A stretch of 64,000 nt of DNA from Candidatus Moraniibacteriota bacterium (GCA_003507445.1 DNVR01000019.1:206132-270131); one strand, 5' to 3'. Shown: positions 18,719 through 29,729, numbered from the stretch's first letter. Notes: generated by a model from the sequence alone, not told the origin. Translations and numbers: made by a program.

Positions 18719-20452
18719 ATGGACATATATCTGACGAGCCTTGAAGCTTGCGGTGAGGCAGTGGCAGAAGCATCAAAATTGCTTTATTATTCTCATGTGC
18801 CAACAGCCCTGGTGGCCTTGTTAATTGGGACGTTTGTTTTTTTTAAGGATAAAAAAAGTTTGATTAGCAAATTGTTGCTTTTGATAACAATATTTTTTTC
18901 ATTATGGTCTTTGGCTGATATTACTGTTTGGTTGTTTTATGATAGCAGTAATGTTGTGATGTTTGCATGGTCATTTTTTGGTTTTTTGTATCTCTCTATA
19001 TATGTATTAAGTCTGTATTTTTTTTATGTCTTTATTGAAAAGAAAGATCTGTCTATTCACAAAAAAATAGTGTTATTGTTGATATTGTTGCCAACTATTT
19101 TGTTTTTGCCAACTAGATTTAATCTTGGAGGATTCGATGGGACTGCCTGCGAAGCTTTTGAAGGTCAATATTTTACAAATTATTATTATTTGGCAAGCCT
19201 GGTGATTTTTTTATGGATTTTTTTATTGTCTCTTATAAAAATAAAAAAAGCTGAACAAGGCGAAAAAAGACAAATAATATTTCTTACTATAGGTATTGAA
19301 TTTTTTCTGTTTCTTTTTTTGAGCACGGGTTTCATTGTGAGTTATTTAAATGAAAAAGGTATAATAGAAAATTATAATTTTGAGCAGTATGGCTTGTTTG
19401 GAATGCCTATTTTTCTGGGGTTTCTTGCTTATCTTATTGTTAAATTTGGGGCATTCCATATTAAGCTTGTCGGAGCTCAAGCTCTAGTACTGTCGCTCGT
19501 TGCTCTTGTTGCTTCTCAATTTTTCTTTGCTCAGAATCTTACTAGCAATGTTTTGACAGGTGTAACATTGGTAATTGTAGGTGGAATTGGGATAGCATTG
19601 ATCCGTAGTGTAAAACACGAAGTTGAACGTAAAGAACAGCTTCAAGAAATGGCAACAAGGTTGGCGCAAGCGAATGATCAGCTTAGGACATTGGACAATG
19701 CAAAGACGGAGTTTATTTCGATTGCGTCGCATCAATTGCGCACACCAATCACGGCAATTAAGGGTTTTTCTTCGCTTTTGCTAGAAGGATCATATGGAGA
19801 AGTAAGTGAGAGTGTGCATGGTGCGCTGGAAAAAGTGTATTCTTCGGCAGAACGCTTGGTAAATTTGGTTGAGGATCTTTTAAATGTTTCGCGCATCGAA
19901 TCTGGCAGAATGCAATTTACTTTTGAAAAAGCTAGCGTTGAAAAACTGATCAAGGAGCTTTATGACAATTTTATTTTGATTGCTAAAAACAAAAAGCTTT
20001 ATTTGGATATTAAGTTGCCTGAAAATCCTTTGCCGGAGATTGTGATGGATTATTCCAAGATTCGAGAATTGGTTTCCAATTTTATTGATAATGCGCTTAA
20101 ATATACTGAAAAAGGAGGAGCAACAGTCAAAGCTGAACTTAGAGAAGAAGGTGTTGTGATTGATGAGAACGGGTTTGTTATTGTTGGAAAAAAATCGGAA
20201 TTTGGAACAATGATTCGTATCACAGTTTCCGACACCGGCATCGGCATTCCAAAAGAGGAAATCCCATATCTTTTCAAAAAGTTTTCTCGTGGCAAGGATG
20301 TGTCACGTCTTCACGTCGGTGGCACCGGCTTGGGACTATATGTCGGCAAAGCCATCGCCGAAACACACCACGGCCAAGTCTGGGTTGAATCTGATGGCGC
20401 CGGCAAGGGTTCAAGATTTATTATTGAAATACCGGTAGAGCATATATCATAA
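18719..20452 (+). CDS. Sensor histidine kinase with multi-TM (7TM-like) N-terminus
   Basis: SHQLRTP H-box, NFIDNALKY, DTGIG, GTGLGL. Confidence 0.93.
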   Translation: MDIYLTSLEACGEAVAEASKLLYYSHVPTALVALLIGTFVFFKDKKSLISKLLLLITIFFSLWSLADITVWLFYDSSNVVMFAWSFFGFLYLSIYVLSLYFFYVFIEKKDLSIHKKIVLLLILLPTILFLPTRFNLGGFDGTACEAFEGQYFTNYYYLASLVIFLWIFLLSLIKIKKAEQGEKRQIIFLTIGIEFFLFLFLSTGFIVSYLNEKGIIENYNFEQYGLFGMPIFLGFLAYLIVKFGAFHIKLVGAQALVLSLVALVASQFFFAQNLTSNVLTGVTLVIVGGIGIALIRSVKHEVERKEQLQEMATRLAQANDQLRTLDNAKTEFISIASHQLRTPITAIKGFSSLLLEGSYGEVSESVHGALEKVYSSAERLVNLVEDLLNVSRIESGRMQFTFEKASVEKLIKELYDNFILIAKNKKLYLDIKLPENPLPEIVMDYSKIRELVSNFIDNALKYTEKGGATVKAELREEGVVIDENGFVIVGKKSEFGTMIRITVSDTGIGIPKEEIPYLFKKFSRGKDVSRLHVGGTGLGLYVGKAIAETHHGQVWVESDGAGKGSRFIIEIPVEHIS

Positions 20453-20466
20453 AACATATAACATGT

Positions 20467-20988
20467 ATGAAAATTATTAAAACTAAAAGATTTATTTTAA
20501 GACCAATGGTTTTGAAAGATGCAAAAGATATTGCAAGAAATATTAATAATTGGAATGTTATTAAAAATCTATCACAGTTGCCTTTTCCGTATGAGCTCAA
20601 ACATGCAAAGCAATTTGCTAGAAGAAAAGAGATGGAAATGAAAAAGGAAAAGCCAGAAGATTATGTTATGATGATTGAAATTGACGGAGAGGTTGTGGGT
20701 GCTGTTGGTGCACATAAAATTGTGCACGGGCATAAGGCGGAGATTGGTTATTGGTTGGCTGAAAAACACTGGGGGAAAGGAATTATGCCTGAAGCAGTGA
20801 AAAAATTTATGACTCATATTTTTTCCGAGTTTAGGCTTCGTCGCATTTGTGCTTTTGCTCATGCTGACAATGTTAAATCAATGAATGTTATGAAAAAAGT
20901 TGGTATGCAATTTGAGGGAATCCATAAAAAATATACAATTAAAGATGGAAAATACATAGACTGTCACATGTATGCCAAGGTTAAATGA
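20467..20988 (+). CDS. RimJ/RimL family GNAT acetyltransferase
   Basis: AEIGYWL...HWGKGIM, NVKSMNVMKKVGM. Confidence 0.9.
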   Translation: MKIIKTKRFILRPMVLKDAKDIARNINNWNVIKNLSQLPFPYELKHAKQFARRKEMEMKKEKPEDYVMMIEIDGEVVGAVGAHKIVHGHKAEIGYWLAEKHWGKGIMPEAVKKFMTHIFSEFRLRRICAFAHADNVKSMNVMKKVGMQFEGIHKKYTIKDGKYIDCHMYAKVK

Positions 20989-21104
20989 ATATCTTAATCA
21001 AAAAACAGCCTTTTAATGAGGCTGTTTTTGCTTGCAATAAAGCAAAAATTTGATACAATAGATTTATGAACCTTATAACTTTATGAACTTTATAACTGAC
21101 CCAT

Positions 21105-22346
21105 ATGAAACAATCACAACTTTTTACTAAAACTAAAAAAGATGCGCCATCTGATGAAGTTGCCAAAAATGCACAGCTGTTGATTCGGGCTGGTTTTATT
21201 CATAAGGAAATGGCGGGCGTATATGCATATATGCCACTTGGTCTTAGGGTTCTTGAAAATATTAAAAAAATTGTTCGCGAAGAAATGAACGGTGTTGGTG
21301 GACAAGAGCTTATGATGACAACACTTCAGCCTAAGGAGATTTGGGAAAAAACTGATCGTTGGGATGATGCCAAGGTGGACAATTGGTTTAAAACCAAACT
21401 TGTAAATGGGACAGAGCTTGGAGTAGGGTTGACCCATGAAGAACCAATTGTGGACGCTGTTAGCAATTATCTTGGTTCATATAAAGATATGCCTTTTGCT
21501 GTGTATCAGATTCAAAATAAATTTAGAAATGAAAAACGTGCCAAAAGTGGACTTTTGCGAGGTCGCGAATTTTTGATGAAGGATATGTATACTTTTTCTC
21601 GTGATCAAAAGCAGCATGAAGAGGAATATGAAAAAATCGTAAAAGCTTATTTCCGAGTGTATGACAGACTGGGATTGGGAGAAATCACTTATCGAACTTA
21701 TGCTGATGGCGGAATTTTCACGCCACGATTTAGTGATGAATTTCAAACATTGAGTGAGGTGGGAGAGGACAAGATATATGTTGACGAGAAAAAGAAGATT
21801 GCAATTAATGATGAAATATTCACAGATGAAAATCTTGAGAAGCTTGGACTTAAGCGCGAAGATTTGGTAGAGAAAAAAGGTGTTGAGGTTGGCAATACTT
21901 TTCATTTGGAAAGTAAATATACTGATGCTCTTGAATTATTTTACAGTGATGAAAAAGGTGAGAAGCAATCAATCATTATGGGATGTTATGGTATTGGTGT
22001 CAGTCGTTTAATGGGAGTAATCGCAGAATTATTTGCTGATGATAAAGGCTTGGTGTGGCCAGAAAATATTGCGCCATTTTCTGTGCATCTTTTGAGTTTG
22101 GGTGAAAATGAGGAGGCGGAAAAAATTTATGCGCAGCTTTTGGAAAAAGGCATTGAAGTTCTCCTTGATAACAGGGAAGTGCAAGCAGGCGAAAAATTTG
22201 CTGACAGTGATTTGATCGGAATTCCATATCGCGTCGTGATCAGTAAAAAAACTTTGGCTGCTGGCGGGATTGAAGTTAAAAAACGCAATGAAAGCGAAAG
22301 TAAGATAATGACAGTTGAGGAATTTCTGCAATTATTGAAAAAATAA
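21105..22346 (+). CDS. proS: Proline--tRNA ligase (short form, no editing insertion)
   Basis: LTHEE, FRNEKR, REFLMKDMY, MGCYGIGVSR; 413 aa. Confidence 0.94.
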   Translation: MKQSQLFTKTKKDAPSDEVAKNAQLLIRAGFIHKEMAGVYAYMPLGLRVLENIKKIVREEMNGVGGQELMMTTLQPKEIWEKTDRWDDAKVDNWFKTKLVNGTELGVGLTHEEPIVDAVSNYLGSYKDMPFAVYQIQNKFRNEKRAKSGLLRGREFLMKDMYTFSRDQKQHEEEYEKIVKAYFRVYDRLGLGEITYRTYADGGIFTPRFSDEFQTLSEVGEDKIYVDEKKKIAINDEIFTDENLEKLGLKREDLVEKKGVEVGNTFHLESKYTDALELFYSDEKGEKQSIIMGCYGIGVSRLMGVIAELFADDKGLVWPENIAPFSVHLLSLGENEEAEKIYAQLLEKGIEVLLDNREVQAGEKFADSDLIGIPYRVVISKKTLAAGGIEVKKRNESESKIMTVEEFLQLLKK

Positions 22347-22389
22347 TTTGCAACACAAAATCCTTCGTTGTCACAGGCGGAGGATTTTA

Positions 22390-22413
22390 TGTTACGTAGC
22401 ATGCTACGTAACA
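22390..22413. repeat. Motif A copy (perfect palindrome)
   Basis: tgttacgtagcatgctacgtaaca. Confidence 0.9.
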
Positions 22414-22443
22414 TAAAATTATTTTCTGAAAAAAAGGAATTTT

Positions 22444-23424
22444 ATGAAAAAACCAATAATTGAGGTAAAAAAATTGTGCAAGACATATGAATATGTAGAA
22501 AAAAATCCAGGGATCAAGCATTCTCTGCGAAATCTTTTTGCAAGAGAAAAAAAGCAAAAAGAAGCCGTGAAAGATGTTAGTTTCAAGATTGAAGAAGGGG
22601 AACTTGTGGGCTTTTTGGGTCCAAATGGAGCAGGTAAAACTACAACCTTAAAAATGTTGGCTGGAATTTTGACACCAACAAGTGGAGAAGTGGAAGTCTC
22701 GGGATATGAGCCGATTAAAAGACAAAAGGAATATCAAATGCAATTTGCTTTTGTGATGGGTCAAAAGATGCAACTTTGGTGGGATTTGCCACCAATGGAA
22801 AGTTTTTTGCTCAACAAAAAAATATATGAAGTTAATGATGAGGATTTTGAAAAAAATCTGTCTGAAATGATTGAGTTGCTTGATGTTGGCGGGATCGTGA
22901 ACAAACAGGTGCGTCAACTTTCTCTTGGTGAACGTATGAAATGTGAACTTATTGCTGCTCTTTTGCATAGTCCAAAAGTTCTCTTTTTGGATGAACCAAC
23001 AATTGGCTTGGATGTGGTGGCACAAAAAAAGATTCGTGATTTTATCAAAAAATATAATCAAGAAAGAAAGACCACGATCATTTTGACTTCGCATTATATG
23101 GAAGATATCGCCCAGCTTTGCAAACGCATTGTGATTATAGATATGGGAAAAATTATCTATGATGGGTCATTGGAAGATTTGATTTCAAAATATGTGCCCA
23201 ATAAAAAGATAACAATTTATTTTGAAAAAGAAGTTTCGAGAGAGGATGTGGAACAATTTGGCGCGTTGGTCGAATTTGATTTTCTTAAGCTCGTTTTTGA
23301 AATTCCACGTGAAAAGGTTAAGGATGTGGTTGGAAAAATTCTATCTTCAAATTTGGAAGTCAAAGATCTCGAAATTGATGAAGAGGATATCGAAAGTATT
23401 ATTAGAAATATTTTTACAAAATAA
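22444..23424 (+). CDS. ABC transporter ATP-binding protein
   Basis: GPNGAGKTT, LSLGE, LDEPT, TSHYM. Confidence 0.93.
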   Translation: MKKPIIEVKKLCKTYEYVEKNPGIKHSLRNLFAREKKQKEAVKDVSFKIEEGELVGFLGPNGAGKTTTLKMLAGILTPTSGEVEVSGYEPIKRQKEYQMQFAFVMGQKMQLWWDLPPMESFLLNKKIYEVNDEDFEKNLSEMIELLDVGGIVNKQVRQLSLGERMKCELIAALLHSPKVLFLDEPTIGLDVVAQKKIRDFIKKYNQERKTTIILTSHYMEDIAQLCKRIVIIDMGKIIYDGSLEDLISKYVPNKKITIYFEKEVSREDVEQFGALVEFDFLKLVFEIPREKVKDVVGKILSSNLEVKDLEIDEEDIESIIRNIFTK

Positions 23425-23427
23425 CAA

Positions 23428-24219
23428 ATGGGGAAATATCTTGCGGTAGCAGCAAACAGTATAAAAAAGAATCTTGCATATCGGATGAATAATTTCATCA
23501 CGATGGTTTCAGTCTTCATTTCATTTATCGTTCTTTTTTATTTCTGGAACTCCATTTATAGGCAAGGAAATCAAATAGGAACATATTCTCTTGAAGAAAT
23601 GATTTCATATTATGTTTTTGTGACCATATTTCATTTATTGGTAATTGGTGATAACACTGCTTGGAGCGTTGGCGATGAAATAAACAATGGACAAATAACA
23701 TCCAGTGTATTAAGGCCTATAAATTATTTGAAATACAAGTTTTCCCAGCATATGGGAAATCTTGCTTATCGACTTATGATTTTTTTACCGATTATTCTGG
23801 TTGTTTTGTTTGTGCTCAGGAATTATATTACGCATGCGCAAAATTATACGACATATGCAATCTTTGCTCTCTGTGCAATGCTGAGTTATGGGTTGTATTT
23901 TTTGGTGTATTTCATTGTAGGGATAGTCGCTTTTTGGACAGCTGAAGCTAAAGGTTTTTTCTATACATGCTGGGTTGTAATCAACTTTATGCAGGGAGGA
24001 TTGATCCCATTGGATCTTTTGCCAAAATGGTTCTCATTAATTAGCGATTCTTTGCCGTTCAAATATCTGTTTTTTGTGCCAGTTAGTTTGGCATCGGGAA
24101 GAGTAAATTTCGATTATAAAATGATAGTAGTCCCAGTTTTGTGGTGCATTGGTATGTATTTTCTCGCTCAACTATTATATAAGAAAGGTTTAAAAAAATA
24201 CGAAGGATATGGTTTATAA
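23428..24219 (+). CDS. ABC-2 family permease
   Basis: Multi-TM, in operon with ATPase. Confidence 0.85.
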   Translation: MGKYLAVAANSIKKNLAYRMNNFITMVSVFISFIVLFYFWNSIYRQGNQIGTYSLEEMISYYVFVTIFHLLVIGDNTAWSVGDEINNGQITSSVLRPINYLKYKFSQHMGNLAYRLMIFLPIILVVLFVLRNYITHAQNYTTYAIFALCAMLSYGLYFLVYFIVGIVAFWTAEAKGFFYTCWVVINFMQGGLIPLDLLPKWFSLISDSLPFKYLFFVPVSLASGRVNFDYKMIVVPVLWCIGMYFLAQLLYKKGLKKYEGYGL

Positions 24220-25012
24220 AAACTTTAAAAAATATTTTCTTATTTTTTTGCATTTGCAAAAAATAAATATTATGAGATGGGTGGCATATCCCGCATCATT
24301 CTTTATGAATTTCGTGGCAACCTTGTTAGTTATGATGCTTAGCATTTTATTTATAAAAGTTAATTTCGGTTATATTGATTCAATAGCAGGATGGTCATAT
24401 TATCAGGTTTTGGGCGTGGTCGGTAGCTATATGATTGTGGAGGGTATAATGTGGGTTTTATTTTCGATGCTTAATGCTATCAATGTTCATATTAAAGACG
24501 GAACACTGGATGGAATTTTGCTGAAACCAATCAATTCTCAATTCCTTGTTTCCTTTTGGAAAGGTGATCCTGAAGATAGTTTGCGCATTGTGACTGGAAT
24601 TATTTTGATAATTTTGGCTATGAGAAATACCATTGGTTTTGATTTGGGACATTTCATTTTATTTTTAATGCTCCTTATTAACGGAGTAATAGCTTTGTAT
24701 AGTTTTGATATATTCTTTCGTTCATTTTCCTTTTGGATTATTGATGGGTCTGGTCTGTGGCTTTTGATGGAAAGAATCACAATAAATTCTCAATATCCTG
24801 TTGATATTTACTATAATAAAATTGTGCGAGGAGTTTTTACTTTTATTGTCCCTCTGGCTTTTGTGGCAACAGTTCCTGCTAAGATTTTGACCAATATTGA
24901 TATTGATTGGCAATTCACTGCACTTTCATTTGTAGTGGCGTTTGTTTTTTTCTTTGGATCGCGCTGGTTCTGGGAGTTTTCCTTGAAACACTATTCAAGT
25001 GCAAGCAGCTGA
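24209..25012 (+). CDS. ABC-2 family permease
   Basis: Multi-TM, GTLDGILLKP, C-terminal YSSASS. Confidence 0.85.
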   Translation: MVYKNFKKYFLIFLHLQKINIMRWVAYPASFFMNFVATLLVMMLSILFIKVNFGYIDSIAGWSYYQVLGVVGSYMIVEGIMWVLFSMLNAINVHIKDGTLDGILLKPINSQFLVSFWKGDPEDSLRIVTGIILIILAMRNTIGFDLGHFILFLMLLINGVIALYSFDIFFRSFSFWIIDGSGLWLLMERITINSQYPVDIYYNKIVRGVFTFIVPLAFVATVPAKILTNIDIDWQFTALSFVVAFVFFFGSRWFWEFSLKHYSSASS

Positions 25013-25077
25013 CCCCCCGATTGCTTTTTTTGCTGATGATGGATATAATTTAGCGAATTGAATAATATATAAAAATT

Positions 25078-25956
25078 ATGGAAATTACACTTAGCCAGTA
25101 TGCTGGTTTTTGCGAGGGAGTGGAGCGGGCATATGATATTGTGGAAAAAATCGCCAAGGATCCGAAAGTAAAGAGGCCTATTTTTGTGCTGGGCTCGCTT
25201 GTTCATAATGAGGACGTGGTGGAAAAAATTGAAAAAATGGGAATTCAAAAAGTGCACGTTGAGGGTCCGCTTGAGGATTTTTTTGAAAAAATAAAAGACG
25301 AAGTTGGGACGCTCGTCATCACGTCTCACGGCATCGGACCAAGACTTTATGAGCTTGCCAAGGAATATGAAGTTCCACTGGTTGACGCCACTTGTCCGCG
25401 TGTAATTAAAGTGCAGAGATTGGCAAAAACATTTTTCGATCGGGATACTCAGATCGTTCTTATTGGCGAAAAAAATCATAAAGAAGTGAGGGGAATTTTT
25501 GAATGGGCGCAGAAAATTGCCGTGCTCATAGAAAGTGATGAGGATTTGTGCGGGCTTGTGCTTGACCCAAAAAAGAAAATCGCAGTTTTGTCGCAAACGA
25601 CACAAGATCAAGAATTTGTTGACAGAGCTGCCGCTCAAATTTCACGAAAATATCCAAAAGCAGAAGTCGTTGATTCTATTTGTTTGACCACACATCATCG
25701 CCAAACAGAAATAAAACAGTTGGCGCAAGAAAACGATGTTGTTATTGTTATCGGATCGCCAGAAAGTGCAAATTCAAAACGTCTTTGGGAAATCGCCAAG
25801 CGCGTCAATGAGTCATCATATTTTGTTCAGCGAGCTTCAGAGCTTGAAAGTAAATGGTTTGCTAATTGCAAAAAAGTGGCAGTAACCGCCGGAGCAAGCA
25901 CACCAGGGTGGATAATAGATGAGGTTATCGCAAAACTTGAAACATTGAGCACATAG
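25078..25956 (+). CDS. ispH: 4-hydroxy-3-methylbut-2-enyl diphosphate reductase
   Basis: AGFCEGV, VHN, DATCPRV, SQTT, TAGASTP. Confidence 0.94.
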   Translation: MEITLSQYAGFCEGVERAYDIVEKIAKDPKVKRPIFVLGSLVHNEDVVEKIEKMGIQKVHVEGPLEDFFEKIKDEVGTLVITSHGIGPRLYELAKEYEVPLVDATCPRVIKVQRLAKTFFDRDTQIVLIGEKNHKEVRGIFEWAQKIAVLIESDEDLCGLVLDPKKKIAVLSQTTQDQEFVDRAAAQISRKYPKAEVVDSICLTTHHRQTEIKQLAQENDVVIVIGSPESANSKRLWEIAKRVNESSYFVQRASELESKWFANCKKVAVTAGASTPGWIIDEVIAKLETLST

Positions 25957-26114
25957 CATGGAACATAGGTACAAGTTGATTTTTTATGGAGAGTCTTTAT
26001 TTTTTTGTTTTATGTTTTATGTTTAGTGATCCATGATTGGGTTGCTTTTTACCCTTGAATTGGTTATACTTCAAATATTAAAAAATAGTAAAAATAACAA
26101 AAAAAGTTCAATTT

Positions 26115-26912
26115 ATGGCTAAGATAATGTTGGTGGAGGATGATCCAATGATTGCTGAAATATATCAAAAAAAATTCGAATCGGCTGGCTTTGATGTTGT
26201 TAATGCTGTGACAGGAAAAGAAGTTTTAAAATTTGCATTAGAAGACAAATTCGATCTTATTCTTTTGGATATGGTTTTGCCTGAAATGAGTGGAATGGAT
26301 GTGTTGAAAGAACTTCGCAGCAACACGCAATATGACAGCGATTTGAAAATAATCATTTTGAGCAATCTTAATAAGACTGAAAATGAAAAGGAAGCAATGG
26401 CAAATGGTGCCAATGATTTTATAGGCAAGACGCAGTTTAGTCCTTCTGAGCTTGTGGTTGAAGTGCAAAGACTTTTGAATGAATATGGAGAACAGAAAAA
26501 AAACAAACAGCGTTTGTCTAGCAAGAAAGAAGACGATGCTTGTGTTGGAAAGAAAATTCTTTTTATTGAAGATGAAGAAATTTTTTTGGAAATGTTTGGA
26601 AAAAAATTGGAAAACGAAGGGTTCTGTCTTGAATATGCCAAAAATGGTGCTTGGGGAAGTAAGCTTGCAACTGAAAACCAATACGATTTGATTATCACTG
26701 ATATGGTTATGCCTGCGATGGGTGGAGAGGAAATTATCAAGCGTCTTAAGTTGGATGACAAAACCAAAAACATTCCTATAATTGTGATTTCAGCATCATT
26801 GATCGAAGGGGATATCCAGCCGGTGCGAGATATGGGAGTGACTGATTTTTACGAAAAAACACGCCTAGTCCCCAGCGATCTTGCCCGGCGAGTAACAGAA
26901 CTGTTGAGTTAA
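26115..26912 (+). CDS. Response regulator with two receiver domains
   Basis: VEDD..LLDMVLP and IEDE..ITDMVMP; no output domain. Confidence 0.9.
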   Translation: MAKIMLVEDDPMIAEIYQKKFESAGFDVVNAVTGKEVLKFALEDKFDLILLDMVLPEMSGMDVLKELRSNTQYDSDLKIIILSNLNKTENEKEAMANGANDFIGKTQFSPSELVVEVQRLLNEYGEQKKNKQRLSSKKEDDACVGKKILFIEDEEIFLEMFGKKLENEGFCLEYAKNGAWGSKLATENQYDLIITDMVMPAMGGEEIIKRLKLDDKTKNIPIIVISASLIEGDIQPVRDMGVTDFYEKTRLVPSDLARRVTELLS

Positions 26913-26920
26913 AAAGAAAT

Positions 26921-27676
26921 ATGAGAAAAATTATTGCGATTGGTGGTGGGGAGATAGGCAGGGCTGGTGTTAAAAATGAAACATTGGCTATTGATCGTGA
27001 AATAGTAAAACGTTCAGGAAAAGAAAATCCAAAGCTACTTTTTATTCCTACGGCTAGTGGAGATGCACTTGGGTATATTGAATCTGTTCAAAATCACTTT
27101 GGAAAGAAATTGGGATGCAAAATCGATTCACTTGAATTGATAATTAAAAAATATTCAAAAAAAGAAATTTCAGATAAAATATTAAATTCTGACATAATTT
27201 ATGTAGGAGGTGGAAACACATTGAAGATGATGAAGGTTTGGAGGAAATTCGGAGTTGATGCTTTATTGGAAAAAGCAATGAAAAAGGGTATTGTTTTGTC
27301 TGGATTGTCGGCTGGTTCTATTTGCTGGTTTCGATATGGCAACTCTGATTCTGCCAGATTTGGAAAAAACAAAGAGGCGAGTATGATTCGCGTGAAAGGT
27401 TTGAATATGATTCCAGCTCTGCATTGTCCTCATTATGATATTGAAAAGGGTCGCGAAGAATCACTTAAGGAAATGATGAAGAAAAACAGAGGAGTGGCCA
27501 TCGCGATTGATAATTGCTGCGCTATTGAAATTATTGACGATGAATATAAGATTTTGAAATCCAAAAAAACTGCCAATGCGTATAAAGTTTATTGGAAGAA
27601 TGGGAAATACTTCAAGGAGTTAATCCCAGTAAAAAAGAATTTACAATCACTAAGTGAAATATTGAATTTTTCATAA
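26921..27676 (+). CDS. Peptidase E (S51) family protein
   Basis: FIPTAS, VGGGNT, GLSAG, CPHY. Confidence 0.9.
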   Translation: MRKIIAIGGGEIGRAGVKNETLAIDREIVKRSGKENPKLLFIPTASGDALGYIESVQNHFGKKLGCKIDSLELIIKKYSKKEISDKILNSDIIYVGGGNTLKMMKVWRKFGVDALLEKAMKKGIVLSGLSAGSICWFRYGNSDSARFGKNKEASMIRVKGLNMIPALHCPHYDIEKGREESLKEMMKKNRGVAIAIDNCCAIEIIDDEYKILKSKKTANAYKVYWKNGKYFKELIPVKKNLQSLSEILNFS

Positions 27677-27890
27677 CAGTAGAAGCAAAAGAAGATCAAA
27701 AATACTATATTTGTGAATATAAAGAATAATATTGAAGGTGCTGAGACGATTTCCCTCGCGGAATTGCCTTTTTTGGTATATTGAGCTACAATCTCTAGGT
27801 AGATTAGGGGTTATATTAATATATATAATGAATAAAATGTGGTTGGTATTGAAATGTTTTGTTTCAAAATCAAACGTTAAAAGCTGAATT

Positions 27891-29678
27891 ATGATGCGAA
27901 CACACACATGCGGAGAATTAAATGAAAAATTGGTTGGGCAAAAAGTGGTTTTGACTGGATGGGTACATCGTCGAAGAGATCATGGCGGCATCGCTTTTAT
28001 CGATCTTCGAGATCGTTATGGAATAACTCAAATTAAATTTGATCCTGTTAAAAATGGCGACATAATGGATGAGGTTGATAAGATAAGAAACGAATGGGTT
28101 ATTAAAGTTACTGGAAATGTCATAGCTCGACCAGAAAGCATGATTAACTCAAAATTAAAGACTGGAGAAATAGAAATTGAAGCCATTGAACTTGATATTT
28201 TAAACAAATCTCAAACACCTCCTTTTGAAATTGATGGAGAAAAAAATGGGGAAGCAAATGAAGCACTCAGGTTGCAATATCGCTTTGTCGACCTTAGACG
28301 ACCAGAAGTTCAATCTCTTTTGGAACTTAAGGCTAAATATTTTCAATGCATGAGGGATTATTTTCAGAAATTGAATTTCGTTGAAATACAAACTCCAATT
28401 TTGGCAAATTCATCTCCAGAGGGAGCTCGTGATTTCTTGGTTCCTTCTCGTTTGCACCCAGGAAAATTTTATGCCTTGCCTCAAGCGCCACAGCAATTTA
28501 AACAGCTGCTTATGGTTGGTGGAATGGATAGATATTTTCAGATTGCCCCATGTTTTCGAGATGAGGACCCAAGAATGGACAGGCATTATGGCGAATTTTA
28601 TCAGCTAGATATGGAAATGAGTTTTGTTGGTCAGGATGATATTTTTAAGGTTATGGAGCCGTTGATGATTGAACTTACAGATAAATTTTCCAACAAGGAA
28701 ATTGTAAATATGGGAGAAAATGGAAGATTCAGGCAGATTCCATGGAAAGAGGCTTTGACAAGATATGGTAGTGATAAACCAGATCTCCGCTTCGAAATGG
28801 AAATTAAACCAATAACCGAGCTTGTTAAAGATTGTGGTTTTTCAGTTTTTACTGATGCTATTAAAAACGACGGGGTTGTGCATGCTTTGAAAGTTGAAGG
28901 AGGGGCGAAATTTAGTCGAAAAGAAATCGATGAAATTGTGGAAATTGCAAAAAGCAAAGATGCAAAAGGATTGGCATACATCGTGATTAAAGAAGATGGA
29001 GAATTGCAATCGCCGATCATTAAATTCTTGGGAGATGATTTGACTAAAAAAATTACAGATGAAGTTGAAGCTAAATCAGGGGATATTATTTTCTTTGGAG
29101 CTGATGTATGGAAAACTGTTTGCAGCGCCTTGGGAGCCGTCAGAAGTGAATGTGCGAAAAAATTAGGACTCAAAGACAATACAAAAGCAGCATGGTGTTG
29201 GATTGTTGATTTCCCAATGTATTCATATTCAGAAATAGAACCGGGGAAAATTGATTTTGAGCATAACCCATTTTCAATGCCACAAGGAGGGCTCAAAGCA
29301 TTGGAGGAAAAACAACCATTAGACATCTTGGCTTATCAGTATGATTTAGTGATTAATGGTTTTGAGGCTTCAAGTGGGGCAATCAGAAACCATGATCCAG
29401 AAATTATGTATAAAGCCTTTGAAATTGCTGGATACACAAAGGAACAAGTTGATGCTCGTTTCGGAGGATTGATTAATGCGTTTAAATTCGGTGCTCCTCC
29501 TCATGGTGGAAATGCTCCTGGAATAGATAGAATTCTTATGGTTCTTCATGATCTTGATTCTATTCGCGATATTTATGCTTTCCCGAAAGATGGTAGCGGC
29601 AGAGACTTGATGATGAATAGCCCAAGTGAAGTGGATGAAAAGCAATTGAAAGATTTGCATATAAAACTTGTCAAATGA
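27891..29678 (+). CDS. aspS: Aspartate--tRNA ligase
   Basis: RRRDHGG, PEGARDF, ALPQAPQ, FRDED, GAPPHGG. Confidence 0.96.
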   Translation: MMRTHTCGELNEKLVGQKVVLTGWVHRRRDHGGIAFIDLRDRYGITQIKFDPVKNGDIMDEVDKIRNEWVIKVTGNVIARPESMINSKLKTGEIEIEAIELDILNKSQTPPFEIDGEKNGEANEALRLQYRFVDLRRPEVQSLLELKAKYFQCMRDYFQKLNFVEIQTPILANSSPEGARDFLVPSRLHPGKFYALPQAPQQFKQLLMVGGMDRYFQIAPCFRDEDPRMDRHYGEFYQLDMEMSFVGQDDIFKVMEPLMIELTDKFSNKEIVNMGENGRFRQIPWKEALTRYGSDKPDLRFEMEIKPITELVKDCGFSVFTDAIKNDGVVHALKVEGGAKFSRKEIDEIVEIAKSKDAKGLAYIVIKEDGELQSPIIKFLGDDLTKKITDEVEAKSGDIIFFGADVWKTVCSALGAVRSECAKKLGLKDNTKAAWCWIVDFPMYSYSEIEPGKIDFEHNPFSMPQGGLKALEEKQPLDILAYQYDLVINGFEASSGAIRNHDPEIMYKAFEIAGYTKEQVDARFGGLINAFKFGAPPHGGNAPGIDRILMVLHDLDSIRDIYAFPKDGSGRDLMMNSPSEVDEKQLKDLHIKLVK

Positions 29679-29729
29679 TCAATATTTTTTAAAAAAGTAT
29701 AACGGCTTTTATATTTTAATTGATATTGT

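Noticed and set aside
26165-26773. Long antisense ORFs (also 24991-25638, 28631-29326, 11324-11902)
   Set aside because: They overlap better-supported genes on the opposite strand and show no motifs; treated as shadow ORFs.
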